DNA of 64,000 nt, from assembly GCA_035221665.1 (NCBI GenBank), contig CM069145.1:56916001-56980000 (forward strand). The letters are read 5' to 3'. Below are positions 37,379 through 51,000 of this stretch, piece by piece (position 1 is the stretch's first letter; every line of letters starts with the position of its first letter). The notes under the pieces are model-generated. The model saw only the letters and a program-made list of their open reading frames with translations, was not told the DNA's origin and ran no database searches. Source of the DNA: Okamejei kenojei. Taxonomy: Eukaryota. Made by a program: the position numbers and the translations under genes.

Positions 37379-39445
37379 AAACGTTCAGAAAAGAATTTTA
37401 CCAAATTTAGTTTAAAACTATCAGAAATTAATAAAATATTTTCAGATCTTGTGAATATTCACACAATTTTACTGTGAGATTTCAGAACTAATCTGTAGAT
37501 CCCCACTGAATTGTAGTCTGGAATATTGCTGATAGCCGCGGAAGTGGTGCGGATTGGCAAGGAAATTATACTATATTTATTTGAAATTGGAGTGCGCCTG
37601 AGAAATCATTATGCAGAGGGGCCTAAACTATATTGCTGTTTTCAAAGTGAAAGAGGCTACGCTGTTATTACAGACCCCATAGGGAGAAGTGGAGAGTTTG
37701 CTTCCGTTGGCTGTAGATTCAAATATCTCAAATCACAATTCCAAACGAAAAAGTTTGGACACCCAGGGCAGAAATTAGTAAAATATCTGTAGCTATTTTT
37801 CAGATTATTTCCATGAGAGGTATGTGCGGTGCATTCAAGGCGCAGATATATAAATCTTCGAATCACATGAGATGAGTTTGGTGCAAGTATGTGCAGCTCA
37901 GTTGACAAAAAACAGCCAGGATTGTAATGAAAGGCAGAGAAGATATGCGGGGTTGAAAAGACCACCCCAGCTTCCATTTTTAAGTTCAGTCAAGCCACCT
38001 CCATCGTACAAATGGCAACTGCCATGGTCTAGCTAATCCATGACCAAGTGGAAATTCCGGTATCTGAATTGCACATGGTTCCTGACTTCCGCGTTGCAAT
38101 TTGCAGGTGCAGATTAGGAATTAAGTGGAGGAGGCACTTGTTATTTAGGAAACTACTGGCTAAATCAGTACAGCTGAAATCAATTCAAAGATCTGGTGTT
38201 GGTGCATTAGTGAATTTGCAAATACCATCAAAGATAAATCTGGACAGGAGATCTCCGTAACGCAGTTGAGTATTATCTCAACTCTGTGATGCCGGTTTTG
38301 AATCAGAAGATTCCAGGGTCCAGCTGCGGAAGCCGATGTCTTCTGTTTGGGAGTCTCTACCGGCTTCATTAACGGTTCATCTTGTAGGATAGAAAGGAGT
38401 TTAGTTTAGTTTAATTAAATTTAGGTTGTTGGCTCGTGTAGCGAGGTGCAGTGAAAAGCCTTTTAGTTGCGTGCTATCCAGTCAGCGGAAAGTTTATACA
38501 TGATTACAATCAAGCAACAGTGTCCAAATACAGGGTAAAGGGAGCAACGTTGAGCGGAAGGTAAAGTCCCGATTAAAGATAGTCCGAGGGTCTCCAAAGG
38601 GGTAGAAGTAAGTCAGGACGCCACTTTGGTTCTTGATAGGATAGTTCAGTTGCCTGTTAACGGCTGGGATGAAACTCTCCCACAATCTGGTATAGATGAT
38701 CGATAACACAAAACCGGTAATATTGCAAGTAATGTAAAGGTGTTGGAAGAAGTTCTGAAGGGTTCTGCAGTTCCTTGTTTCTACAAAGGGTTTTAGGATT
38801 TGATGTCGTCACAAATGGGCCAAATTCTGACAATTATTGTGAAGCGTCAATTGGTCAGTTTAGAGCGTAAATGAAATTACATTTGAAATCCTCTAATGTA
38901 TGAAAGGCAGTGGGTATTCCAATGATACAAAGGAATATTGGAATCATTATGTAAATGCGGGTTACTTTAATGTCATAAGTAACCAATCCAATACTGTTTG
39001 TACATGGAACATTAAGACACGGGCGTAGAAGACATAGTACAGCTAGAAAGATTTCCAGTCTTGGGGAAGGAATGCCAAGTGCATTAGATTAACTTGCTTT
39101 CACTAAATGAGGATGGGGAGGGGGGGGGCGGTTGGAGCGAGTATGTTTTGCATCGGTCATCCATGAGTGAATGGCGGAGGAGACCTAATGGGCCGAAGAG
39201 CCTAGTTCTGTTCCTACAATTAATAACGTTATGAAGGAAGAAGGTGGAAATCATATTTCGTCCCGAGCTTATTGCAGTCGCAACTGACCCACCCACCCCC
39301 ACTTCCACCAACTAATAATAGCTAGACCGTTTGAAGAATAAGGGGGATGCTAGCTCTCTTAAAGATAGCAGAGTCAAGGTGTTTGGGGAGAAGGCAGGAA
39401 TGGGGTACTGATTGTGGATGATCAGCCACGATCACATGGGCGCTC

Positions 39446-39670
39446 ATGGTGGCACAGCGGTAGAGTTGCTGCCTTACGGCAAAATGCAGCGCCAGAAACC
39501 CGTGTTCGATCCCGACTACGGGTGCTGTCTGTATGGAGTTTGTACATTCTCCCCGTGATCTGCGTGGGATTTCTCCGAGATCTTCGGTTTCCTCCCACAC
39601 TCCAAAGACGTACAGGTTCGTAGGTTAATGGCTTGATTAATTTGCTTGATAAAAATGTAAAATTGTCCAA
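39446..39670 (+). mobile_element. V-SINE inserted among CR1 3' fragments
   Basis: Same head and core as 4923 family. Confidence 0.8.
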
Positions 39671-41212
39671 GTTGGCGATATGCATAGTACTGCCCTGCCG
39701 ACTACAAAATTCAAAAGGTTCAGAAGGAACCTTCAGAAGGTTCACAGTGAATGGTGGTGCTGGCTCGACGGGCCGAATAGCCTACGCCTGCACCTATTGT
39801 CTATTGTCTGTTGTCTATTGTCGATTGACCTTACATCTCTAAATTGGGGTGCAGTTCCCATTCTAAAACTAAGGATTAGACTCCGCTTCCGAGACGCAAT
39901 AAATTATTCACCATCTCAATCTGCGCCCCCATTCCACCCCGTTACCCTCCCCCCTGCAGCCAACGATTAAATTGCGAAGAGAGATTTACTATCTAGGATT
40001 GTATTGTTTGAAATTTAGCATGAGTGGCGACGCGATCAATTATTTGAAAAAAGAATGGAAAACTGATGAAGTCGTTGCTGAACTGGTTTAGTTTAGTTTA
40101 GATTGGTTTATTCAACTATTTCCCCCTCGTTAGGGAATGGTGTAATTCTCATGCACGCGAGAATTTATGTTTGGGACTAGCGTACATATGGACCTATGAT
40201 AAATAAAAAACAGAACTTCAGAATCTTCTGTGTGTGATGTGCCTTGGGACAGCCGGCAGCCAACTATAGAACAATTTCGCCGGCTAAACAAGTCATATCT
40301 TCCCTAAATGTACCCCAGCTCCTCGTGTGACTGCGGAATCACAATGCAAGGTCTATTAGAAAGATGCCTCCAGGGTCACCCCGCGGCTGATAATGTTAAA
40401 CACGTCGGTGATAGTCGACCGAAACTAATTTATAGGATTTGTCTGGGACAGCGAGTTCCGTTGATTACAAAGTGTCTGTGACGTACTGTAGTTCCGTGTA
40501 ACTGGTAAGATAAGGTTGGATTGTAAACTGCGGCCGTTTTACTGGGCATTTCTTATATCAGATGGGGATGTAATGTGCCAGAGATTTGGCCATTCGCCCA
40601 ATCCATCCTTCTCCTCATAATAGTGCCGCCTCTTAATCTTTCAAACAGGATTTATCCTCTTGCTGTGTGGTTGCTGTCGGCGGCTCAACAGAAATCTGTT
40701 TTAATCACACGGCGGAATCTTAAACTATGTGTGGCGTGAACTATGGATTTATGTAACGGTTAAAACAATGCTCGGTCTGCATAACACAAAATGATGAAGA
40801 TACTCGAGGGGTCTGGCAGCATCCGTTGAGGGAGTAGACAGGCGACATTTCAGTCTGAAGAAGGGTTCTAATCCAAAGGTTCGCCTCTCCATTCCCTCTG
40901 GAGATGTTGCCTGGCTCACTTTGGGGTTTGCTCAACATTACAGCATCTGTAGTTCTTTGTGTTTCGTCTGCCCTGCGTGTTCGGTTGACGATCTGGTATT
41001 ACGCACGTACGACGAGTCTCTACGTTGCACTGGCAATTACATTAATTAACATCATATTTCTTCAATATATTGGGCATCTTTGAATTTCTCTCAGTTCGAT
41101 TGCCAAACTACAATGCCCATCGTAACAGGCGCGTTATATTGTTGCAACGGCTTTTGAATTTATTCTGCTTTTGGTAAATAAAAAAATAATAACGATCATC
41201 TGTCGATTGCAG

Positions 41213-41370
41213 AATTCCCTGAAATAGAAGAAGATCTCCATGACTCTGCAGCAGATGACGTCATGATAGAATACATGGACGAGGAGGTTAATTCTCCTGG
41301 AACAGTTATCGCCTTCGTGATCCTCTTTATGATCAGTACCATATACGGCGCATTGACAACGACGATTAAG
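41213..41370 (+). CDS. IgNAR: IgNAR TM1 exon (acidic spacer plus transmembrane helix)
   Basis: Acceptor ttgcag, phase 1; EFPEIEEDLHDSAADDVMIEYMDEEVNSPGTVIAFVILFMISTIYGALTTTIK with CART-like F..LF..S..Y; donor GTAACA, phase 0. Confidence 0.92.
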
Positions 41371-42282
41371 GTAACATTGACTTGTATAGAACGTAGCGTA
41401 CGTAGAATAGAACAGCACAAGAACAGGCATTTCGACCCACAATGTCCTTTCCTCCGCATGGTTGATATCCTTCCATTCCCTGTATATTCACGTGCCTCAC
41501 CATTAGCCTCTTAAATGCTATGATCGTGCATGCATCCATTTCTGTGCAAAATAAATTGCCCCGCTAATCTTTAAAAGTTGTCCCTCCCGCCTTTAAGGTA
41601 CGCCCTCTAGACTTTGACATTTCCACCCTGAGAAAATTGTTCTGATTGTCCACCCTATCGATGTCTCCTGTCATGTTATATACTTCAATCAAGCCTCCCC
41701 ACAGCCTCCGACGCTCCACAGTAAACAATCCAGATTTTGTGAGCGAGAAGCATATGGGTAATAGGGTGGAAGTAGAACAAGGGAAAATGAGAGAAAATAT
41801 GGGCACATGGATCCAGGTGGAATGAGGAGAGGGTGAATGAGGAGACAGGCTGGAAGCTCTTTAGCTGGGACACAAAGGGAACAAGAGCTGGAATCTGACA
41901 AATAAGGAAAGTGATATTTTGAGAAAATAAATGAGTGAAATTCAAAGAAGGTGGATTTGCCTGGCATTTTGCACTGGATACGTCCTTTTTTTAAAAAAAG
42001 GTTTGGAAGTCAAGGCCAATATTATAGATGTACGGCTGATACCGGTAAAATTAATTATGGTTCCACATTTTGGGAGAGATGGGAAAGTTAGGGACAGCTC
42101 AGTCGGGGGTACTTGAATTCTTCCATGTATCAACTTCGACTGCAATGTTAAAATATAGAAGTGTGTATCTTTTTCTTGGAGCCACAAAGATGAAGAGGAG
42201 ATTGATTAAGGTGTGGGAAATCAAGTTTGGTTTGGGAAGAGCAAATACAGGGCGTCTCCACCACTCACAGTCGGGCGTGAGA

Positions 42283-42598
42283 GTTTAGTTTAGTTTAGTT
42301 TAGTTTAGTTTAGAGATAGAGCGCGGAAACAGGCCCTTCGGCCCACCGGGTCCGCATTGTCTAGCAATCCCCGCACATTAACACGATCCAACACACACTA
42401 GGGACAAATCTTTTTTACATTTACCGAGCCAATTAACCTACATACCTGTACGTCTTTAGAGTGCGGGAGGAAACCGAAGATCTCGGAGAAAACCCACACA
42501 GGTTACGGGGAGAAGGTACAAAGTCCGTACAGACATCACCAGTAGTCGGCGCTGCATTCGCTGTAAGGCAGTAACTCTGCTGCTGCGTCACCGTGCCG
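42283..42598 (-). mobile_element. V-SINE (HE1-like)
   Basis: (TTTAG)n tail and reversed SINE body. Confidence 0.85.
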
Positions 42599-42699
42599 TA
42601 TTTTTTGCAGAGAATTGTATGACCTAGAACTCTCTCTCCAAGGGGGGTGTGGAAACAGATTTAATCAGGAGCCTGACATTCAGTGTTCTGTCGTTTCAG

Positions 42700-42708
42700 G
42701 TGAATTAA
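42700..42708 (+). CDS. IgNAR: IgNAR TM2 exon coding part (VN*)
   Basis: ttctgtcgtttcag|GTG AAT TAA gives a KVN cytoplasmic tail analogous to Ig KVK. Confidence 0.75.
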   Translation: MN

Positions 42709-43963
42709 TTGACGCGGAACCCAAAGGGATGTCTTGTTTATACATGAGTGGCGCCACAAGTCAGATGGTGACCGCAGACACATCGTGGTTCCCTCCCGCA
42801 CCGTTATCTACCGGACAATTTCAACTCCGTTGCAATAACATCCGCGAAACGAGACCAACTTTGGTTCCCTTCTCCCATCGGTTTCATTCCTATTTCTGCT
42901 TCGTTAATCGCCGATGTTGGATAGATTTCCATAAATTCTAGCAAGAAATACATTGATTGTTACTTCGCTCTCTGCTTTCTTACAATATGCCACTAGAGTC
43001 TGTATAACCCCGTTCCGTGACGGGGTTATACATAAGTGACTGAAATTTCGCAAAACATTTTTCGCGCTAATACATAAGCTGTTGCAAAATAATGTAAGCT
43101 CTATAAACGACTTTCGGTAACACATCTCTAGTGAATTTTCTATGCTCCAATGATGAAATTGTCTTTTATTTAGTTTACGTAAGTACTAAATGCTTCGCTG
43201 GATTATTAAGAGTGTGACCTTTTTTCGAATCAATTGGTCCTCAGTGTAATTATAATGGCCGTTATATGCTGAAAAAGAAACGTAGAACAAATAGACGAGA
43301 TATATGCGCTTTTGTGGGGCTGAAACTGATTATGGCAAAGTGTCTTCTTGGCGTTCAGTGATGTAAAGTCGAGTTTACCGGATATTCAAGATGAATTCAC
43401 AGACAAAGTATACAGGTCTTGTAATGCATTATGTGCTCCCCGTGTAGCTTTTTTGTTATGTACGTGATGACGATGTCGCTGAAAATGGCATTGTAAAATT
43501 CTTCTGAACTCTTCTATTCGATTACAAGGAACTGCAGGTCTTACAATCTTGAGCAAAACACACCAAGTCCTGAAGTAACCCAGCGGGACGGGTAGCATTT
43601 GTGGAGAGTATGGATTGGCGACGTATCGGGTCGGGACCATTCTTGAGACTCAGTCTGATGCACTCACCTATGCATTCCTTCCACAGATGCTGCCTTACCC
43701 GTCGACTTATTTCAGGACGTTGTGATTTAATAATTATACTTTAGTTCATTGGCATCAACTTATTTAGCACAACCCATCATATGTTTTGCCGTCGACAGAA
43801 TTTGTGGTAGTACTCTGGAGGCCTGAATGTCAAGGGGATTAGTGTCTAAAGGTTTTCTCGCGGGAAAACAAATGTTCTCAACAGTAGATTAGATACCCAA
43901 CTGTGCTTAAAATTGTACTTTTTTATTACTTGTAGTTACTGTTAAAATGTCAGCAGATAATTC

Positions 43964-43969
43964 AATAAA
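43964..43969 (+). terminator. Candidate poly(A) signal, membrane mRNA
   Basis: First AATAAA I found after TM2, followed by T-rich sequence. Confidence 0.5.
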
Positions 43970-46069
43970 ATGACCTATTCGCTTTTTTTATGTGAAAATT
44001 CTGATGTAAATGTCATGTGTTTCTTCTCTGACTACAGTTTAAAATACCTTTTACTTTCTTCCAATGCATATTAGTAAAAATCAAACTGCATGTTGCGAAA
44101 GGGAAATAAGGTAGGGGTTCAATTCAGACAAACAGTTGTAATTCTGCGTCCTTTAAAATGCTACTGACGTTCAATGCAGATATTTCCTGGAAGATTGGGT
44201 GTGTTATTGAAATAACTCCGAACATTAAACCGATTAAATGAATTGTCATGATAATTATTTGAAAATATTTAAAGTGTCCGGTCTCAGCAAGAACATTAAT
44301 CGTTCTGATTCAATTATTTATCCATTACTATCCAATAAATGCTATTGGTAACTTTCCTAACGACTACTTTGAATCAATTCAAGTGCATAAAGGAAGATTA
44401 TTCTTTATTGAAGTTAGAGTTAATGAACAGCCGCTGGGTGTTAAACTAAGTAAATTGCTAATTGCGACACGGCCCGTATTTTAACTTATTTGAGAATTCC
44501 TCCTTTGTTACATGATTTGGTATTTGAGGAATTCCATCAATATAATGGAAGAAGGGTCTCGACCCGAAACGTCGCCTATTTCCTTCGCTCCATAGATGCT
44601 TCTTCACCCGCTGAGTTTCTCCAGCATTTTTATCTACCATGAATATGATTGCTCCGATTGCGCTGAAAGTGTGCACGCCAAGATCACAGTCGGAACATTT
44701 CTGCCCGTAAATCTTAAAATGAACAAAGGAACTGGCATAGAAAGTAACGGTGCATATGTACACATGACACACATTTGGTCATAACATGAGGTAGCAGAGT
44801 TTAATGTGCGAAATATTCTGCAACCTAGAAACCTAAACACTTGCAGTATGTTACAGACAGAGACTGGTAAGATGGTGGGGAAAACTAAGAATGGGGAGAG
44901 CATTTCATAACTGGCGAAAATTGGAGAAGTGTTCAAATAGGAGCCAACGGAAGGGCGAATTTTCAGGACGAGGCCAAATGATACCTAGAGGAGATTTAGT
45001 GGTCAAAGCTATAGTGATAAATTGGGGATGTGGCAACGTGGTTGGATGGCGGTAAGTAATGGTGTTAGATATGAATCGGCGCTGGGACGCTTTATGTTCT
45101 TAATCTGCTTGGCTGATTTGAATGTAGATGTAGTGTAAAAAGCGCCATAGAGTTATACATCATCTAAAACATGCCCTTCCGGCCATCTCATTCATATTAG
45201 ACAAAATGCTGACCTGTGTACGATTAATTTGGCCCTTATCTCTCAAATCCCATCCTACACGCACATTTGTTCAAATGTATTTTAAAATTTGTAATTGCTC
45301 CCAACTCTCCTCCTTCAACTGGTAGCCCCTGCTACATACCGACCATGCTCTGTTAAAACATGTTACTCCTCGGCCTCGTAGAACACAAAGTCTGGAGTCA
45401 TTCAGCGTGTGAGGAGAACGTGGATAGGCGACGTGTCGGGTCGGGAGCCTTCTTCAGATGATTGTACTTCAGGAAAGCTGGAAAAGAGGTGCAGGCGGCA
45501 CAAAGCCTGGCAAGTGGCGAGGGGGGTGATTGATATTTGGGTGAACAAATGCTGGAGATAAAAAGGGGATAAAGAATGATGAAAGGAGACAAAAGGTAGA
45601 CAAAGGGCCAAAAATGTTACTGAAAGGAGAGAAGACGAGTAAAATGGAGTGAAACACAAATCCAGAGGGAGGGGCAGGTGTAGAAAGGGATGGGGGTGGG
45701 GAGGAATCTCAGCAGGCAACTTTTTCACATACAGAGTAGTGGATACAAAATGCGGAACGAGCTGCCAGAGGAAGTAGTTGCGCCATGTACAATAACAACA
45801 TTTAAAAAATACTTATGCAGGATAGGATATTTTCAGAGAGATGTGGGCTAAGTACGGGCAAATAGCCTGGGGCATCTTGGTCGGTATCAAAGAATTAGGC
45901 TGAAGTGTCTGTTTCCGTGCTGTAAGACTCCATGACTCTAGATTTCCCCAGCCAACGTTTACCAGATCATGTGTTTCAGAAGGAACTGCAGATCCTGGAA
46001 AATCGATGGTAGACAAAAGCGCTGGAGAAACACAGCGGGTGCAGCAGCATCTATGGAGCGAAGGAAATA

Positions 46070-46103
46070 GGCAACGTTTCGGGCCGAACCCCTTCCTCAG
46101 ACC
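46070..46103 (-). ncRNA. Minimal type I hammerhead ribozyme motif (Penelope-derived)
   Basis: GGT-CTGAGGA-A-GGG GTTCGG CCC-GAAAC-GTT-GCC: intact CUGANGA/GAAA core, stem II, NUH site, short stem I. Confidence 0.6.
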
Positions 46104-46640
46104 GGTTTTGTAGTCAATGCCTACTATGTTCGGTTGCCGTGAAGCAAAGCAAAAATGTCATTGTCCTATCAGGGACACATGACAATAAACTCACTTTAAC
46201 TTGAACTTGAAATTTACCAGATCATGTCTTATTCCAATTAATTTGACCTTTCCTCAATCTAAGAGCTTTGTTCCTGGTTCCTCCCTAACATTTTCCAAAA
46301 ATCATTTGAAATGTATAGATTTATTATCACTATCTCCATAATGCTTCCCCATTGCCACGCCCTCTACGTGACCGGCTATGTGCTCTATGTTAAAATCCAA
46401 AAATGTTATTTCTTTCGTTAGTCTGTCTGCAAACTGTACCAAATAGCTCTGCTCAGCAACCCTCAAACACTTCACTCCACTCAGCCCTTCCCATTACCCC
46501 AATCCTACGTAATACTGGAAACATTGAAATCTCCTCGCTCTACAGTATGTCCACCTTTCTGTCATTTCGCTGTAATTTGCCTACATATCATTTATTCTAT
46601 CTATTTTCGACTGTAAGTGATCAGTAATGCACCCATGTCA

Positions 46641-47716
46641 AACATAGAATCATAGAAACTTAGAAAATAGGTGCAGGAGTAGCCCATTCGGCCCTTCGAT
46701 CCTGCACCACTATTCAATATGATCATGGCTGATCATCCAACTCAGTATTCTGTACCTGCCTTCTCTCCATACCCCCTGATCCCTTCAGCCACAAGGGCCA
46801 CATCTAATTCCCTCTTAAATATAGCCAATGAACTGGCCTCAACTACCTTCTGTGACAGAGAATTCCAGAGATTCGCCACACTCTGTGTAAAAAACGTTTT
46901 TCTCATCTCGGTCCTAAAAAAATTTCTCCCTTATCCTTAAACTGTGACCCCTTGTTCTGGACTTCCCCAACATCGGGAACAATCTTCCTGCATCTAGTCT
47001 GTCCAACCCCTTAAGAATTTTGTAAGTTTCTATAAGATCCCCCATCAATCTTCTAAATTATAGCGAGTACAAGCCGAGTCTATCCAGTCTTTCCTCATAT
47101 GAAAGTCCTGACATCCCACGAATCAGTCTGGTGAACCTTCTCTGTACTCCCTCTACGGCAAGAATGTCTTTCCTCAGATTTGGATACCAAAACTGTACGC
47201 AATACTCACCAAGACCCTGTACCACTGCAACTGAACGTCCCTGCTCCTATACTCAAATCATCTTGCTATGAATGCTAACATACCATTCGCTTTCTTCGCC
47301 TGCTGCACTTGCATCCCTACTTTCAAAGATGGGTGTACCATGACACCCAGGTCTCATTGCATCTCCCCTTTTCCTAATCGGCCACCATTCAGATTATAGT
47401 CTACTTTCCTGTTTCCTGTTTTTGCCACCAAAGTGGATAACCTCACATGTATCCACATTATACTGCATCTGCCATGCATTTGCCCTCTCGCCCAGCCTAT
47501 CCAAGTCACCTTGCAGCCTCCTAGCATCTTCCTCACAGCTAACATTGCCCCCCCCCCCCCCCCCCCCCAGCTTCGTGTCATCCGCAATCTTGAAGATGTT
47601 GCATTCAATTCCCTCATCCAAGTCATTAATATATATTGTAAATAGCTGGGGTCCTTGCGGTACCCCACTAGTCACTGCCTGCCATTCCGAAAATGACCCG
47701 TTTACTCCTACTCTTT
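46641..47716 (-). mobile_element. CR1 LINE fragment
   Basis: [23 protein letters not shown]; CR1 3' UTR. Confidence 0.9.
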
Positions 47717-48754
47717 GTGATGGTACTGTGATGATACACTGCAAAGTGATGATACTCGTTTATTTCATAATCTCTACTCAATTTCATTGATTTGAGGGGC
47801 CTTCTTGGATATACACCCTCAATGCTGAATTGATGCATTCCCCACTTAACAATGCACTGACACTTCATCTTTTGCATCTTCGTGTCTCGCACATGAACAT
47901 CCGATATGACAGATATTGAGATTGCCCGGTGATGGCAACTATATCATAGCCCCATGTTTCAGTTAAAGTATTGCATTTTCCTACCTTTCCTGTTAGACGT
48001 GTTGAGTTCGATGCTATTTAGTTTTGTATTGTTCAATAGGGATACCTGTCCTCCCTATTGAACAAACTAACCTTTTCTCCTTTACGTAACTGTCTCTCCA
48101 CATTCAGACATCTACCCTGAGCCCCACTGCCCTGTTATTGGTGTACACAGAATGTTGCACGGTAATCCACGTTTTAACTGGAAACCCAATTTTTCGATTT
48201 GTTCGTATCAGCCTTATCTGCCAAGGTGAAATATTGTTGCTGCTCAGCGGTTTGGTAGCAGCGGGATTGAGCGAGCAGGAGGCGATGTCCTTGGGTGAGA
48301 TTAACAGGGATTAGTCGTGGAAGAAGACCAAAAACCGACGGTAAAAACCGAGTGGGTGAAGTGAGCGTGACTTTTGTAGGAATGTGATTGGGTAACTTTG
48401 AAAAAAAATTCTCCAGTAGGGGGTGTGGCAAAAATGACCCTCTCGTAGACATTGAATAAGAACAACATGGTACCTTCGTTGGTTTTAAAGTCGGTGACAT
48501 TGGGAGATGGAGCAAAGCGATTTCGAGAGAATAATTGTAGTGAGGTACAAAAATAACGTGGAAAACAGTGTATAAGGACTGAGTTGAGGAGGTACGAAAG
48601 AAAGCTGATTGACTATAGTATGTACAGAACTAATTTAAGGAAAGTTTCGTTTCCGGTCTAACACTGGAAATCTCACATTGACAACAGAAGAATTTGAATT
48701 TATCATCTAAATACGACCGGATGTTGTTTTAAAGTAAACTTTACAAGAATGTAA

Positions 48755-51000
48755 ATAGACAATAGACACTAGGCGCAGGATTAGGCCATTCGACCCTTCC
48801 AGCCAGCACCGCCATTCACTGTGATCATGGCTGATCATCCACAATGTTCCCGCCTTCTCCCCATATCCCTTGACTCCACTATCTTTAAGAGCTCTATGTA
48901 ACTCTCTCTTGAAAGCATCCAGAGAATTAGCCTCCACTGCCTTTTGAGGCAGAAAATTCCACAGACTCGCCCTTCGGAGATACCAACTGCATTTCGGTGT
49001 CTCTGTATTGTACACTGCACAATGGCCATTAAAGATTGAATTGAATTGAATTGAATTGAAAACGTTTTTCCTCGTCTACGTTCTAAATGGCCTACCCCTT
49101 ATTCCTAAACGGTGGTCCCCGGTTCTGGACTCCCCCAAAATCGGGAACATGTTTCCTGCCTCTAGCGTGTCCAATTCCTTAATAATCTTATATGTTCCAA
49201 TAAGATCCCTTCTATTTACAATATACATCAATGATTTGGATGAAGCGATTCAAAGTAACATTAGCAAATTTGAAGATGACACAAAGCTGGGTGGCAGTGT
49301 GAACTGTAAGGAGGGTGCTATGAGAATGCAAGTTGACTTGGACAGGTTGGGGGAGTGGGCAGATGCATGGCAGATGACGTTTAATGCGGATAAATGTGAG
49401 GTCATCCACTTTGGTAGCTGAAACAAGAAGGCAGCTTACTATCTGAATGGCATCAAGTAGGAAAAAGGGGAAGTACAACGGGATCTGGGGGTCCTTGTAA
49501 ATCAGTCTATGAAAGTAAGCATGCAGGTACAGCGGGCAGTGAAGAGAGCAAAGGACAAAGGACAAAGGACATTTATTGTCACATACATCAATTGGTGTAG
49601 TGAAGTGTGTCTTGTCATGCAGCACATAGATAAAGATAAGACATAACATTAAAGGATTTAACATAAAACATTAAAAAATCCCCCCACAATGGTTCCCATT
49701 ATGAGGGAAGGCACAAAGTACAGGCCCCATCCCCAGTCCACCAATAGTCAGGCCTATTGAGGCCCCCACAGTTGCCTCTATGGGGGCCGATGTTCCAGGC
49801 CCTTCTTCGCAGGGTGATGGTGCTCCGGCGGCGGGAGAACCTTCTCAGCGGCTCGGGGTGCCTGTAACGATCGCTTCCTTGCTGGAGACCGTAGCTTCCG
49901 ACGCCAACAGTCCGCGCTGGATGGAGCTCCACAACTGGCGATCTCGTCGAGAGATCCCAGGCTCCCGATTTAAATTTCAGCGCCGCCGCCCACGGCCGGC
50001 CGCCCCGCAGCTCCGCGATGTTCACCTGCAGTCTTCAGCTCACCGGAGCTCCAGCGCGGCGACCCAGGCAAGTACTGCTAGCTCCGCTCCACGATGGTGC
50101 TCCAGCGTTGCGCTGCTACGGAAGCCGTGGCTCTGGGCGGTCCCTTCACGAAACGCCCTCTCCAGGCCACGACGGATCGACGGTAGCTGTCAGGTGGGGA
50201 CCCTAGAAAGCAGTTTCCCCCTTCCCCGCCCCCACCCCCACACTAGGATGAAAAACAAAAAAAGAGAGAAAATACGGACAGCTGCAGGCTGGGCAGCCAT
50301 ACCCGTACAGAACGCCCCCCCCCCCCCCCCCCCCCAGAGAAAAGAGCATGTTGGCCTTTATAACAAGATGAATCGAATGTAGGAGCAAAGAGGTCCTTCA
50401 GCAGTAGTACAGAGACCTAGCGCGACCACACCTGGAGTATTGTGTGCAGTTTTGGTCCCCTAATTTGAGGAAGGACATTCTTGCTATTGATGGAATGCAG
50501 CGTAGGTTTACAAGGTTGATTCCCGGGATGGCGGGACTGTCATATGCTGAGAGAATGGAGCTGCTCGGCTTGTAAACTCTGGAGTTTAGAAGGATGAGAG
50601 GGTATCTCATTGAAACATATAAGATTGTTAAGGGCTTGGACACGATAGAGGCAGGAAACATTTTCCCGATGTTGGGGGACTCGAGAACCAGCCGCCACAG
50701 TTTAAGAATATGGAGTAAGCCATCTAGAATGGAGACGAGGAAACACTTTTTCTCACAGACTCAGAAGTGAGTTTGTGGAATTCTCTGCCTCGGAGGGCGG
50801 TGGAGGCAGGTTCTCTGGATGCTTTCAAGAGAGAGCTAGATAGGGCTCTTAAAGATAGCGGAGTCGAGGGATATGGGGAGAAGGCAGGAACGGGGTACTG
50901 ATCGGGGATGATCAACCATGATCACATTGAATGGCTGGAAGGGCAAAATGGCCCACTCCTGCAGCTAATGTCTCTTGTATTTTGTCTATTGTCTATTGTC
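48755..51000. mobile_element. CR1 cluster with an inversion junction (~49210) and a nested GC-rich insertion (~49550-50340)
   Basis: CR1 sequence switches strand near 49210; plus-strand CR1 breaks at ~49550 and resumes at ~50340. Confidence 0.75.

Noticed and set aside
42190-42288. Alternative TM2 (aaag|ATGAAGAGG)
   Set aside because: Poor acceptor inside degraded LINE-like sequence; 42700 fits better.
49699-50382. GC-rich ORFs or CpG-island gene
   Set aside because: Lies within an insertion that splits a CR1 copy; no recognisable domain.
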